Both the position numbers and the translations under genes were made by a program. A DNA stretch of 64,000 bases from the human T2T-CHM13v2.0 reference genome, Homo sapiens, in the NCBI RefSeq assembly GCF_009914755.1, contig NC_060930.1; one strand, written 5' to 3'. Numbering within the stretch: position 1 is the stretch's first letter; each line of letters begins with the position of its first letter. A model generated the notes under the pieces. That model did not search any database, had not been told where the DNA came from, and saw only the letters and a list, made by a program, of their open reading frames with translations. Below, one piece after another: positions 40,583-56,554 of the stretch.

Positions 40583-41009
40583 GAATTCAACACTGCTAGT
40601 ACCCAAGATGGAGAGGATCTACTGTTCTCTTTTTTGATTGTTAACCACTCATTTATTCTTGTGCTGGAGAGTCTCACCTCTTAAGAGGAACCCACTAGGT
40701 TCTCTTGTGTGTGTGGATACAGAGATTTCAGAGGCCTGGCATGAGAAGCAGCAGCTTTTTAAAAGTCATTTTCAGGAAGAAAGCAAAAATAAATGAAAAG
40801 TTGAAGTTGATATGTATATAGGGGTGATGTTACTGGGTTTTTAAAAAAATAACAAAGACTGATGGGGTATGAATATAATGCTAAATATTTAGTATGCTAA
40901 ATGACAAATTTTATTATTTTGATGTGTTTATACTTCAGTGTAACAAGACGTGGCCAGCAGTAACCATTCCACTCTGATCTTCACTAATCTGCCTTTAAAT
41001 AGAGTGCTG

Positions 41010-42179
<1,170 letters not shown>

Positions 42180-43875
42180 CAGAGTGCTGAACCCATCTTT
42201 TTAAACATCTTTAAAAAAATAGTTATGTTGCCTGTGGAGTTTTAGAACTTAATGTAATGAAAGTACTATCTTTCTATGAACCTTACAGTTTGTTTTTGTT
42301 GTCATTTTTACCATTATTTGATAAAGGTAAGTAGACAAATAGATAACACATTCATATTGGACTATTCATTAAGAGGTCTAAGAAGAAAGGTACTCTTAAA
42401 TTCACAAGTGGGGACTACAAAGCAATATGAAAATGATCAGGATTTCCGTTTTAATGAAATAATGGAATCACATTTAAAACATTATTTTATTTTTTTCCAA
42501 TTAAAAAAATTAAAAATAGAAAACTCAAAAGCAAGATTTTTATTTTCTGAAATATATATGTATTGATCTGTTCCTTCATTGTATTGCCATGGTTGCAAAC
42601 CAATGAAGGCCATATAGGAATAGTATTAACAATATTTCCTCTCTGGTAATGTTTGTTTGCCTAATGTTCTGTTTTTATATGTAATATTTTATGCGGGATT
42701 TTGTTCTTTAAAAAAAAATCAATAAAGTGCCATTGATTAACAACAACCAGACTACATGTTTTAGTAAACTGAACCACTTTGGCTATTACTGGTAGGATAG
42801 ACACTTTTTAATATAAAATGCTGAGCCAGAGGAAAGCAAATAGATTTCTCTTTCTTTTAGCCAAAATGTAGAGAAAAGAGAGGCAAATGATTCACAATAT
42901 AAAAAGTTTAAAAAAATCACACAATGAATTCGCTACTTACAAATGTACAGGAGTAACATATTGTCTGGTTCTCAGGGACTTGTTAAAGGGTGAAGATTAG
43001 TGTTCTGTTATGTAGAGTTAATTGTGTTGCATTAATGCCTTAAAATAACTTGGATGATTATGTAAAAAGCAGTTTTTAAATGTCGGTTAGAAAATATCTC
43101 AGTAAAAGATCATTTTGCCCTCTTCTTACTAATTATAACACTTAAAAGATATTATTTAAAATAATTAATGGTATACAAGTAGGGGGAAGAAAGCTAACTA
43201 TTGTGTTTTAAGTGGCTGTTTATTTAGAGCCCTTGGACATCAATTATATCTCACAGTTATAAATGTACTTTCTAAGTAGCATTCAGAACAAAATAATGTG
43301 AGAATTTTTTTGACAAAAGTTAAATCACATTTGGGATACTGAAATGAAAATTGATGACCAGATTGTTGATGGACGATTTCATTCTCACTAAGCGAGCATC
43401 CTCCCACTAAACGAAAGAAAGGTCTTTGCATTATTAAAAGCCCATTCTGCAACACTGTTGGGAATTTGGTTGGGTCATGAATGCTGGCAGGTTGTCAGGG
43501 AAACAGGAATAATGCACTGAATGCATGGTCTTCTTATAAAATGGGCTTAATATTGCTACTTTTGATTTTCTAATTGCTGATCTAGAATTTCTAATAGTAA
43601 CATTAAAGGAGAGGAACATATTTTCTAGTTTAATTACATATACCTCTCTGTTGGCTTAGTAGTAATAAAAATATTTTCTGTAGGTGTAGAATATCCTTAC
43701 AGTCCAAAAGGAGAGTACATGTTCACAATTAAAGTTTGAAATTTGTGCTTTGATAACAGCATGTTTTATTCATTCATTTTTATAATAATATTACTGAGCC
43801 TGTATCATATAGTGATGAACTTTTCAGCTGTTTTGAGGGTTTGTGTTAGCCACATTCACATTTGTATAACCTGTG

Positions 43876-44680
43876 TTTCTTTTTTATTTTTCTTTATTTT
43901 CATTTTAGATTCAGGGGGTACATGCGCAGGTTTGTTACAAGGGTGCACCATGTAATGCTGGGGCTTCGACTTCTATTGAATTCATCACTGGGTAAACATA
44001 GTACCCAATAGGTATTAACAGTTTTTCAACTCTTGCCCTTCTCCCTCCCTCCCTCTTATGGAGTCCTCCATGTCTATTGTTTCCATGTGCACCCATTGTT
44101 TAGCTTCCACTTATAAGTGAGAACATGTGGTATTTGATTTTCTGCTTCAGTGATAATTCACTTAGGATAATGACCTCTGGGTCCATCCATGTTGCTACAA
44201 AAGACATGATTTCATTATTTTTATGGCTTTGTAATATTCTATGGTGTATATGAATCACATTTTTAAAATTCAGTCTACCATTAATGGGCACATAGGTTGA
44301 TTCCATGTCTTTGCTGTTGTGAATAGCCCTGCAATACACTCACAAATGCAGATGTCTTTTTGATAGAATTACTTCTTTTCCTTTGAGTAGATACCCAGTA
44401 GTGAGATTGCTAGGTCTAATGGTAGTTCTGTTTTTAGTTCTTTGAGAAGTATCCATAGTGGTTTCCAAAGGAGTTGAACTAATTTACATTCCCTCCAACA
44501 GTGTAAAAGTGCCCCATTTTTTTCACATCCTCACCAACACCTGTTATGTTTTGACTTTTTAATAATAGACATTCTGACTGCTGTGAGACTTTATCTCATT
44601 GTGGTTTTAATTTATATTTCTCTGAAGATTAGTGATGTTGAGCATTTTTTCATGATTTTTGGCCACTTGTCTGTCTTTTG
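43876..44680 (-). mobile_element. L1PA15-16-like 3' end
   Basis: TTAGATTCAGGGGGTACATGCGCAGGTTTGTTAC...CCACTTATAAGTGAGAACATGTGG; ORF 44100-44339 ends in ORF2-like KIKYHMFSLISGS. Confidence 0.9.
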
Positions 44681-46898
44681 ATAGTTTGTTACCCTTTTTT
44701 CTAACCACTTGTTTAGAAGGAGGCTTGGGAGAGTCCATTTCCAACTTACTTTCTCTGAGACAAACTGACTTTCGGATAGCATGACTGGACCTCATATAGT
44801 AACTACAAGTACAAGAAAAAATGTCTAATATGCTTCGATTGCAAATATGTATAATTATTTTAGTATACAGAAATGCAAGAAAATACAGAAATTGAGCATC
44901 CCCTTCAAGAGATGCTAAGGAATCCTAAAATGGGAGAAGGCTATAAAATGCTTGTTCATAAATTAGTATTTGAGTTTTCCAACATAAAACCAATAATCTG
45001 GCCATAAATAGTTGAATGCTTAAATTGTGCTCTAACATCATTGCCCATAAGCTAATAAACCTTAACTGTAAATTAGAGCACATTTTATGGATATGACAAA
45101 TTTATCCAGAAGAATACCTTTTTCCTCAGCCTGCTTAAGCAAGCCTTCAATGTCTCTTTAATTAAACTTCTAAAATAAAAGTATTATCCTCATCTGATCC
45201 TGGAATTCAGGACCCTGCATTAGTTTCCCCCGAAATCATTCCCAGCTAATCTCCTGTAGTTTCCAACTGCTTGCTTTCTTCAGATAAACTTATTTCCCAG
45301 CCACTCCACTTGCTTGCTATGAGTTTCTGTGCAAGTTCTATTATGTCCCTTTATTTTATCTATGACTTGGTCTAAATAAAAGTGATGGGCACACAAAAGT
45401 GCTTAGTAACTTCTAGCCATTGTTTTTATCATCATTCCCAACTATGTGATTAATTCACTCTACTTCTGCTCAAAATGTCTCACATCCCTCTTGCCACCGT
45501 TCAAACCCTGCCGTGTTTCAAAGTAATATTAAAACATTTTTCTTTTACATTGTTTGTGTGCAAGAAATTAAAGACACTGTCACTGTACCTTAGTACTGCT
45601 TATGAGTTGGGAATAAATGTGTGGAGTTCCCCGGTGATGGCAGAAAGGGCAGGTCAAGTGTCCCAAGAACCTCACCAGGCAGGAGTATTTGATAATAATA
45701 TTCAAGGGAAAATGACAACTGTTTTGAAAAGCATGCCATTGTGATAACATAAACTCAGTTTAGAATCATTTGGTATTAAAAGAATAAGTAATGGATATTG
45801 TTTCTTCCTTAAGATTCACACCATGTGGGTACTGTATAATTAGGAATTCTCTGTTATGCCTCAACCCACATGTTATATCCATATTACCATTGATTTCATA
45901 GCCGCAAAACCCACATTGTGTCTGGCAGGCAGGACTTTTCTCCACGCCAGATTTTCAGGTAAAAAATCTTAGAGTATGGTTGTCGAGGACATGAACTTGC
46001 CTTTTACCTAATTTACTGTTTACAAACTTGTGTGGCATTTGAGTTATGTATTTTGGTTTGAAACACAAATATTTTCCTTTGTTAGATTCAGCTAACAGTA
46101 TTTTTAACTTGTTTTCATCCCCTAACCACCTTGCTGAAATTTCAGGGAGACTGGGTTCTTCTGGTTGCCATTTCCATTGTAATTTCCTTATGGTCTAGTC
46201 AAAATATTTTTATACTGTGTTTATTTAAAAGTGAAAAAGTTCCTTTCCATCCAGCCTAAGGGGATAGTATCTTTAGAACCAAGAATCTTTCATCTCCTCT
46301 TTCACTCTAAATATAACGGATACTTATCTTTTATTGAGGGAACTAAACAAAGAGTTCATCAGCTAATCTCTCTCGTGTGTCTATTTTAAGTTCCTTTACA
46401 AACAAAATATTTTACAGTCCCAACAGCCATAAAAGAAATTCCTGACCTTGCCCATTTTTGAGAGACTGGGAAGTCAAACTATACCCTATAGGAATCAGTC
46501 CTCAAAATCATTTCTTTTCTACTTCAGAAGTGTGTATGTGTTTTTTTAAAAACTGCTAATGAAAGCATTACAAAGATTAGCTTTTGAAGTGGCAAGCAGC
46601 TTTCATTTATTTTCCTTCTGGTATTCCCTCAGCCTCCAGCTAAAATTTAGAACCTTAAAAATGTTGCTCTTTGGTACTAAATTCAGTTGATATTCTATCA
46701 AAGTGTATTTGGTTTATCAAAGCTTCGTTCTTATCTTGCAACTCAGTATTCCCGAGAGAACACTAGTCAGGTTAGAACTGACAAGCCTGTGTCTAGTCCT
46801 TTCAAACTAGAATGCACTCCCTCACCTACTGCAGGTCTGCTTACCTGTGCTGGTTAATTCTTTCTCCCATTGTCAGGCAGAGAGGCGAGTGCTCACAA

Positions 46899-46926
46899 TG
46901 TGGTAAAAGAGGAAGTGATCACTTCC
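46899..46926. promoter_or_regulatory. Candidate RUNX + PU.1/ETS palindromic motif cluster
   Basis: TGTGGT (46899), AAAGAGGAAGTG (46906) and palindrome GGAAGTGATCACTTCC (46911-46926). Confidence 0.35.
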
Positions 46927-48008
46927 AAGAAGGAAAACCGATCAGAGAGTCACACAGAAATTAATGGCAGGAAGAAATACAACATGAAATAAGTAGATTC
47001 ATAAAATTTAGAAGATTTGGAAATGTTTTTTGCCATACTGTGTTACTACCTAAAGAAGGAAGCTGTATCTTTGGTTCTTTTAATGACATCTGACATGGAA
47101 AGACTTGGACACTAATTAGATACCAGTGATAATTTTATATCAATAATCTTTCTCTTCTTGAATGTCATAAATTAGCACCAGTGAAACTTATTTTCATATT
47201 TCCCATATGTCATTTTTTTCTGTCAGAGTCTTCAGTTATTGGTTCCTGAAAAACATGTGCTATTTGTAGATTTTTAATAAGTTGTCTCATTTTAAAAAAA
47301 TTCTAACAAATTAAATTCGGTCATGGAATCAAATTGGATTAAGTCAGTATTGTCTTCCCAATACATCAAAGAGCCTCTTGAGACAGATTTGGAAATGACA
47401 TAATCTTTCTTGGAGGCTTTGTTGACCCTTGGGTGCCATGTTATAATAACATTTGTCCGAAGACTACAGTTACGGAATTCCAAAGGCCAGTCGCTAATAT
47501 TTATCTGAAGGCTACAATAGCTATGGATCCTTGAAATTCTATAATTTTCTGAGATTATGATAGAACAGGTAAATTCCATAGAATGATGGGAGCAACAGTC
47601 AACTTCAAAGGGTTGAAAGCGGAAAGGTAGTATAAGAAATGGAAGTACCAGGTGAAAGCCTATGTTCAACAAGTTTGACGCTGAAGGAAAGGCCCATGAT
47701 TGGGCAAAATTTAGAAGTTAGCGACAGCAAGATTGAATGGATAAACATTAAAGTAGAGCTGCTTTGTTAAAGTAAGGGTCATATGAATTCCGTAAGTTGT
47801 CTGGTGAGGGCTGAGCCTTGGGCTAGTGTATCCCCTGAAGGGACACAGGCTTGCTGGAATCGAGGATAGTAAAAATGAGAGATCCCTTCTCAGTATAATA
47901 TTCAAATCAACTAACATGACCACAAAATTCACACTAATTTAGAGGAGGCTAAAATATGGTGCGTGATTTAGTGATATGGTCTGCAATTCAACTGATGTGA
48001 AAAGTTTT

Positions 48009-48273
48009 TTTTTTTTTGAGTCTCACTCTGTCACCCAGGCTGGATGCTCACTGCAACCTCTGCCTCCAGGGTTCAAGTGATTCTCCTGCCTCAGCCTCCT
48101 GCGTATCTGGGATTACAGACACCCACCACCAGGCCCGGATAATTTCTGTATTTTTAGTAGAGACAGGGTTTCACCATGTTGGTCAGGCTGGTCTTGAACT
48201 CCTGACCTTGTCATCCACCTGCCTCAGCCTCCCAAAGTGCTGGGATTACAGGCGTGAGCCACTATGTCCGGCC
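48009..48273 (-). mobile_element. AluS (Sg-like) with internal deletion
   Basis: TSD ATGTGAAAAGTTTT at 47995 and 48275; ~20 nt missing after CCAGGCTGGA. Confidence 0.92.
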
Positions 48274-50019
48274 TATGTGAAAAGTTTTATTTTCACTTGA
48301 TTGTTGATTATTGTGGGCTCCAGCATCCACCTGGAACTGGACATTTAAACTGCATATTATTAGAAAAAAATATGAGACCTAGGAAAGACTGTATCTAAGT
48401 TTTGGCACATATAATTACACAATCACCTACTCCGAATTTAGCTTATAGTTTCTATATCATAACTGGCTCAAACAAGAATAGATTCAAAACCAATTTTTGT
48501 AATATATAACTTTAATGAAATATACCCAAGAAGTTTCATTTTAATATGTGTTTACATCAGAACTTGGCACCTTTGTTAGTACTGTTTCCACTGTTATCAA
48601 AAGCAATTTCACAGAACAGTTCAATATTTTATAAATTGCTGTACCAGAACGAGGGTGTTTAACCAGCAGTGTCTTCTCTCCCTCAGGAATCTCTGATAAC
48701 TCTGACAATTTTAAATCAAAGTTCTCTTTCAGACAAGTTTTCATGGTCATGGTTAATTATCAGGAGCCTTTTAATTCTCATATGTATGATGTTTTTCTCA
48801 TATAAAAAGGACATTCTTACATAGGATCTTTTTAACATCTGTTTTAAAAAAAGTTTTATAGTATTTACCTAATTGGCACATGCTTATTTTACAAATACAC
48901 ACAAGGTTGCTAAATATTAATGTTACCAATAAAATTTTTAAAAATAAGAAGAAGAAATACCAACTCTGAGAAATAACATTATATATAGGTCAATACATAT
49001 TGAAGGCCAGGATCACAGTTTTATTATATGAGTTAATATATGATAGGGCATGTAGCCCTCAGCAATCCTCTTTTCAAATATCATGGCTTATTTCAAGTGT
49101 TTTTAGAATTACAAAATAAACAATTTCTGTTTGATTACTGCAAATGCGTTATATATATTTATATATATGTCTATGTATTTATGTTGTATATATTTATAAC
49201 TTTGAATTTTGTAATTCAGTTATTATTTTACATCTTCATGTAGACTACAGAAATTTCTTAATTCTACATTATTTTGTTTTGAGTTGCTATCATTAATTGA
49301 CATGTATTGTTTTTGCTTATATTCAATCGTTTACTTATTTATTCAGTGAATATCTATTGACTGCCTTTCAAAAATTGGGCATTTAATTTTAACAATAGGC
49401 AATTCATGTCTTGTTTAGGGAAATGAATGATTTTTATATATTAATTATAAAATTTGCCCTTTGCTGGTATTATGTTAGTCTAAAAATATATTTTTATTGT
49501 TTATCTTAGGCTTTATTTTTACCTAAACTTCCTACAAAAAGATAATTTCATCTTTTTCTTTTAATTATCTTTACTTAGATTTCTCTCTATTGACTGGTTG
49601 CGGTGACTATTGGTTCCAAAATAACTGTAATAATTAATAGTGGACATCTTTACTTTAACAAGAATGCTTCTTATTCACAAAGCATGCTTCTAGCTTTTGT
49701 TTTAACATACACCTACATGCACCTCCATTCCCACCCTCACCACCCTCAACACTTAACACAGAACAAGTGTGTGCTGATAATCTGGATTCAGTAATCAATG
49801 GCTGTTATTTATTACAAGTGGTTTGTTTCTTTTTCTTATCCAGACCTAGCTAGAGTTGACCTATTAAAACATGTCATTTATTTACAGATTTCCTGAAGGG
49901 GAGTGAGCCTTAAATTTTCAAAATGAGCTTCACTTAGACATATTTTATTATTTTCATACGTTGTGCAATTGTATTTGCTAATATTTTATTTAGGAATTTT
50001 ATAAATATTTATGTAAGAT

Positions 50020-50260
50020 TTTGTTATAGTTTTCTTAATTCTTTATTCCCAGGTTTTATCTTGTGTCTTTCTTCTGTTTTCCTGAGGTTTCATTTTGCAG
50101 TTCTTTTTAAAATTCCCAAGTTGAATACATTATATAGTTATTTTCATTCTTATTTGTGTATTAAGTATGTCTGAAGCTATAAATTTTCTTCTGAATACTG
50201 CTTTAGTCATAGCTTATAGGTTTTTAGATTGTAGTATTCTATTTCCTCTTTGTCATAATT
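50020..50260 (-). mobile_element. Old L1M ORF2 fragment
   Basis: GCTATAAATTTTCTTCTGAATACTGCTTTAG matches antisense ORF2 (compare 41311-41340). Confidence 0.6.
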
Positions 50261-50479
50261 ACCTCAGATATGACTATTTTGAAGACATTTTAATTTTTGT
50301 TGTTTTTATTAGTTCCTGGTTTGTTATTATTTATTATTATTAGCAACCATTTACTAAGTATTTATCAACCATCAAGTTATGTGCTAAGCCTTTGCTTGAT
50401 GATATTATGGAATGAACACCAGATAACTATGATATAGGTGTTTTCAGGTAAGAACTCTGGGACTTCCTATATATGCATG

Positions 50480-50650
50480 TGGCTCTTCTTGCATTCAAAT
50501 TCTTAAAGCTGTGTTACCACGAACAAGTTACTTAACATCTTTGATCTCAGTCTTCCCATATATAAAAAGGGAATGAAAGTGGTACTTATTTCAGTGACAT
50601 GAAAAGTAGTAAGTCATTACCACAGGAAGTATTAGTCATAATGATAATAG
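50480..50650 (+). mobile_element. MIR SINE
   Basis: CAAGTTACTTAACATCTTTGATCTCAGTCTTCCCATATATAAAA core. Confidence 0.75.
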
Positions 50651-52838
50651 TTAAACCTCTGTCCTAGTTCATAGAGTTCAATGAGTGGCAGAGGTGAACA
50701 GAGCCTCATTCCGGTTTTCAGGGTCTTACACTCTATGTTGTACAACTATTGAAGGACTCATTCCCAGTTTGCTATTTTTGTACATTTTTATTTATTTGTA
50801 TAGTTCAGAAATTGGGAGAGTAATTTGTAATTGTGCTTTAATAAGACCACATTTTAGGAAGTCATGTGAAAATACTTATGATTGAGCCATAATTGTTATG
50901 AGAGCATCCTCTACTTTATGGTTATTGCAATATCTATTGAGCTTTCTTTAGCCTTTGGTTCATAAGGGGAAGCATCACTCCTGTAAACATTATCAACTGA
51001 ATGGAGCATGCTTTTAATGATCATTATCCGCACATCATCTCATACAATTGTGAGGACATTGCTGCCTTATAACTGTAGTAACAGAAGCAGTAAAGGAGAC
51101 TTCTGCCTTTTAAAACTGTGTTGGAGAGGCAGAAATTCTGAAAACGTAAGGCCAAATTGAGTTTGTTCAAACTAAATGCAAATACTTACATTTAGTTAAT
51201 TTAATGCTATTGATATTTTTATTTGTTATTATTCAGTTTTTTAGCACTGATTTCCTGCTTTGCATTACAAACATTATTTTAAATATATTAGTCTCATGCT
51301 AGCTAAAATAAAGTCAGATTTTATTACAATCAGAGGTCGAAAATCCCTGTATTTGTGGCTTGAGTTTGTTTATTTTACTACTGTTTTGCTGTAGTTACAC
51401 TGAATAACATAAAATAACATTTTTGTTGCTATTAATAAAGTAGAAATGTTGGCTTTTAGATATGTGGATAGAGCAAATAAAAAGGGAAAAAAACAGTTTA
51501 TGAATTTGTTCACTTTCATAATATTGTAAATTGGAATGAATACAAAATCACTGAATTGTAATGCTGTTAAAAATTATTTGATGAAACTAAGTTCAATTTT
51601 AACCTAATCAATAGCTACTCATTGATAAGATTTTCCTGATGAAATTTGTTTTCTGAAAATTGGTTCTGAAATCTTAGTTGCTTAAATCATTTGCAAGAAG
51701 AAACAAGGTGTCCATGCCTTTCCTTAGGGGGACAAACTGATATAGTGTTTCTTGCTACTTCTAAACTCTAAATATAATGGAATAAATGAAATTATTTCTT
51801 TGTTTTCACCATCTGAATGTCTGAGAATCCCACAATGACATTGAAGAGAATGATTTTGATTACCTCGGACTTACCACGGAAAGAAAAGTCTGACTTCAAA
51901 TTGTGTCTTAATAATAGTGGACCAATGTTTTTGTTAAATGAAACTCCACCTGCCCCTCAAACTATTCTTGTGCTTCGGCTTATGTGCTTGATAGCACAGT
52001 CACTTCTCACCTAATTGTTGCCATAGTGTTTGAAGCCAGAACATAAAGAAGCATCATGTTCAGAAAAACTTAAAAGTATGGCCCTTGTCAGTGGTACTTA
52101 TACCCCTCCAGACTGACAAATGGTTCCTGAAGCTCTAGAGCACATGGCAACATAACCATATTAATGGGTGGTCCAGCCAGTAGCTGCCAAGGGCTTCCAA
52201 ATATTATTGCATTATTTAGAAGATCATTTCCTTATTCTACTCCTTACAGAATTTGGCAAATATAAATTGGCTTCAATATTCACTTTACTCGTGGGGGAAA
52301 AAACCCACAAACTGCAAGAGTATATTTACTACCTGCCCATGCCTGCAAATTTTGTGGTGCAAATACAGACCTTAAACTTATTCTAAGACCTGAAATCATG
52401 TATGAAGCTGAAACTGGCAGTTTTGCCCACAGAAATCTTGACACCAAATGAATGCATGGTATAGAGCTAGTTAACAGGAATAAATAGTATGCTCAATTTC
52501 CTATATTTCTAAAATTTTAAGAAACTTGGAGAATCAGAATAAAGTTTAAAAGTGAACCGAAACACCTAGAGTGTCCCAGTGAAAGCTAGAAAATGATTTT
52601 TGTATTTACGTTCATGTAAATTAGGTTTTTCCTTTGTAACAGGAATTTTTCATATTAGGATGAATGTTAGGACAAATGGAAAAAGCCTGTGAATGAAGTT
52701 AATTTCAAATAAAATAACTTGCATTGACATATTTAATATGTGTAATAATTTGCTTATTTTGATGGAGAACTAAACAATATTTTAATAGAAAATATCTGTT
52801 TTTCTCTTATTCCTAATAAATGTTAGGCAGATTTCTCA

Positions 52839-53117
52839 GGCTGGGGGCAGGTTCACACATGTAATCCCAGCAATTTGGGAGGCCGAGGTGGGCGGATCAT
52901 TTGAGGTCAGGAGTTTGAGACCAGCATGGCCAACATGGCAAAACCTTGTCTCTACTAAAAATACAAAATTAGCTAGGCATGGTGGCGGGTGCCTTTAATC
53001 CTAGACTACTCAGGAGTCTAGGAGGCAGAGGTTGCAGTGAGCTGAGATCGCACCATTGCACTCCAGACTGTATGACAGAGTGAAACTCTGTCTCAAGAAA
53101 ACATAATAATAAAAATA
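52839..53117 (+). mobile_element. AluS (Sx/Sz-like) with right-arm deletion
   Basis: Dimer lacking GAGGCAGGAGAATCGCTTGAACC; degenerate 24-bp TSD at 52815-52838 and 53118-53141. Confidence 0.92.
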
Positions 53118-56084
53118 AATAAATATTAGACAAATTTCTTAAGGATATTTATTTACAGGAGTGCTAAAACGTTCTCAGATTGTCCACCATCTAAGTCCTA
53201 CCCTATATGACAGTGGCTAATCTAAAAGTTTTACCTTTTATAGATATCAAAGCTGCCTTAAAAAGGTAAAACAAATCAAACTTTGCATATAAACTCACAA
53301 TAAACAAGGTGTCCTATAGCATTTTGGCAGACAATATTCATTTTGAGAATATTTAAAATAATACTTCTTAAAACAGAACTTGCCAAAACACCTGTCAGAC
53401 CAAACAACCAGATGGTAGCTAAGATCATATGTTTTTAGAATCATGGCTTTTAAAGATTATGGAGTTTGAAGAGGATTTTAGCAGATTGTCTTACATTCCT
53501 AGAATGCTCAACTCTCAAATCTATTTTGAACATATCTCATGTACAGCACACTGTGGCAGGCACTGAGGACTAAGAAGGAATGAAGTGTTCTTCACTTGAA
53601 TACACTATGCATTTGGGATGTTGCACAACAATGGATCATACACATTATTAAACACTGACTTCCCTGGTGAACGGAAAGTAAGACAAACCATAGTGTATTG
53701 CAAAAGGTAGGAACTATGTATTAGTTATCTGTTCATTATCATGTAGACAAGTATTCCAGACCTAAAACATTGACTTAGGCGAGTGAGCAGGGTATGATGG
53801 AAAGAGACAGATTGGCAGTCAAGAGAAGCTGCTTTAGATCCTTTTTCAGCTACTGTAAACTTTAGAAAATTACTTAATAGTATTTTACATTGCAAAGGAA
53901 GAGGCTAATAATCTCTAGGACTTCTCCACTCACCATTATTATGTAGTAGGATTTTATAAGATGGTCCAAGTATTTTTTAATGGTTACCATTAATAATAAA
54001 ATTAGTTTTAGGACCAAAACAAAGGTAATTTTCCACCCTAGGCAAAGTTCTAAGCCTTCTGCAAAGACGGGAGTAAAATCCTCCATATATAAAAACTGTG
54101 GAATGTTTTCCACAGACTTTGGGTTGGTGTTATTCTGAACTAGACTCTCATCGCTCTCCCATCTCAGAAAATGTCCAGTTTACTTCAGGATGATCAGGGA
54201 CTACCCTATGAAGTAGTTCTCCCCTCAGTAACTACTACTACTGAGATATGGACATTTCTTTGCATATAGAACTGTGGAGGGACCAGTCCCAAAGACTGGA
54301 AGTTTCTTCTGAGGACTATAGCCATTCATCTCATGGTTGTGTCTGATGCATAGACTGTTGTGATTCAATGTACACTGTTGAGCCCCAGGCCCCTGTAGAG
54401 CCCTTTCAGTGCTCTTTCAGCATTCCCTCTGTGTTAAACAAGGCCATTCGCCTAGACAGAGTTTAAATGGTATTTTTGACCTTCTGCTTTGCAGGTCAAT
54501 TGCTTTGGCAGACTACTAACCTTTCTTCTGAGTGCAGATCAGTTATCAGTGTTTTCTGCAACATCCTCAAATTATCATTGAAAGATGTTGAGCTTGGAAT
54601 TTTCTTACTTGCAATAGAGAAATAAAATCAGAAAACTTCTTTTTAATAGTAGAGTTAAAGTTTAGGAGACATAGTCACTATAAGGAAAATAAGTAAGTCT
54701 TTTACTTTTTAGCACAGTTTGACTCCCACAGGCACCCAAAACTGCGTTTTCTGATATTTTGGAAGAGTAGAAGCTTTGCCTTTGTGCTTGGAATTATTCA
54801 GCTGAGATAATTTTGTGAGCTCATTTGAAACCTATCTCTTCCTTAACAAAGTTCTCTTTTTCATGGCATTATTCACCTTTATATAGAGTTATTTCTTTAT
54901 ACGTCAAAACTATCTGGCTAAAATATATATCAATATATTCTAATATATATATAGAATGCATCAAAACCATGCATATATATATGAAACTACTGGTCTGCAA
55001 GATTTATATATTCTAATGTATGATGTTGATGCATTTTTTTCTTCACTGATCTGTTATAATCTCTTTTATGTCATTGGAGCTGAATAAATACTGGTTGAAT
55101 GGATTAGGGAATGAATGAAAGAATGCATGTCCTCTTGCCATGGAAAAATGGAAAGGTGTTATGAAAATTATATAGTGCGATAGAAAGAGATAAGAACTGG
55201 TCTGTTTTACACTTCCAATTAATATTAAACACATTCTTAGAGGAAATATTCACAAATGTGGTTGTAAATGCAGTTTGTCTTCTCTTGTTTAGAAAACAAT
55301 TTGTGTCTGCCCTTGTATGAAAGATCAGTGAAATCCTCAAAATTAAGCACTTAATGCTCATCAAATAGCAAACAAGGTCTGTAGCCTAGTAACCTTTGTC
55401 TGCATTGAAAGATTAGAAATGAAACTAAATGGTGATTCATGGAGACGGTGATTATGTGTTTCAGTTTATTCTAATGTATAAATGACACTTAAACCATGTT
55501 CTATAATTTGAAATTGATACATTATGGCTTTAAAAGGTTACTAACAGTAATCCGTATCAATCTCTGGCCCTTTCAGTAAATATCCAATGTTTAACTTAAT
55601 AGCTTAATAATCTTTTCATACATTACTAGAGGGGCATGTTTGAGTTTAAATTGAAATAATTATGAAATTCACAAACTTGATTTAAGAATTGGGTCTGTCT
55701 AGAAATTAAAACTTGTAAGTCTTTTGTGAGCCTCTGGCTTAGCCACGAAGTACAGAATAAATTAACTAATTAGCAGGCATTCTAATAATAACTCCCAAGT
55801 TCAAAAGAGGGAAGAGAACAATGTATTACACATTATCTTTTTTTTTCCATAGGTTTTCAGGAATTTGAATTCAATAGTAGCTTTAATGAAATTGGCCATT
55901 GTGGGTTTATATCTGTTGGAGTGAAGTTATTATCTTAAAAACTACTCAGTCTTTTTACATATATATGCAGTATGCTACTATATAAATAATACCTTTCTTT
56001 TTGAAGTGATTTAAAAGAAAAATGATCCTACCTAGTTTAAGTCAATCCATTTTCTGAGTCCTTGGGGGAAATGATACAATTTCA

Positions 56085-56340
56085 CATACCGTATTCCTGG
56101 AACACTAGTGTTCCACTAAAAAAGGATTCCATAATTAAACAAATTCTGTAAATACTAAATACCATTACCAATTGGAGAATCACAGTGCACATTAGTTCCT
56201 TTAACATTCACCGATAAATAAACTTATTTAACTTTGCTTAACCCAGAGTTTCCCAAACTCTTTTGAACCACTTGACCCTTCTTGATTCTGTATAAGCCTT
56301 TTTAACATTTCTTAGTATAGCAGGTTTCAGTGGAACAGAA
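56085..56340. mobile_element. MER103-like hAT DNA transposon relic
   Basis: TTTAACTTTGCTTAACCCAGAGTTTCCCAAACT and GCACATTAG motifs. Confidence 0.6.
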
Positions 56341-56554
56341 TTTGAATTAAGCAATAAAGAGTTGATCTTACACACTTGTTTTTGTATATTGTTTGTTATA
56401 GTTTGGTCTGCAAGTGTGACACAATGAGAGAAGATTCTGCTACCTGAGTATGAGAATGCAGACATTCAGTTCTAGGGTCTTCTCCATCTGATGAGTGGGC
56501 TCTACATCTGATCTCTGACATGCTTGCTGAAAAGCTGCCAAGGAGTACAGTAGG

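Noticed and set aside
47292-47672. 126-aa minus-strand ORF
   Set aside because: TTG start, no recognisable homology; partly overlaps degenerate L2-like sequence.
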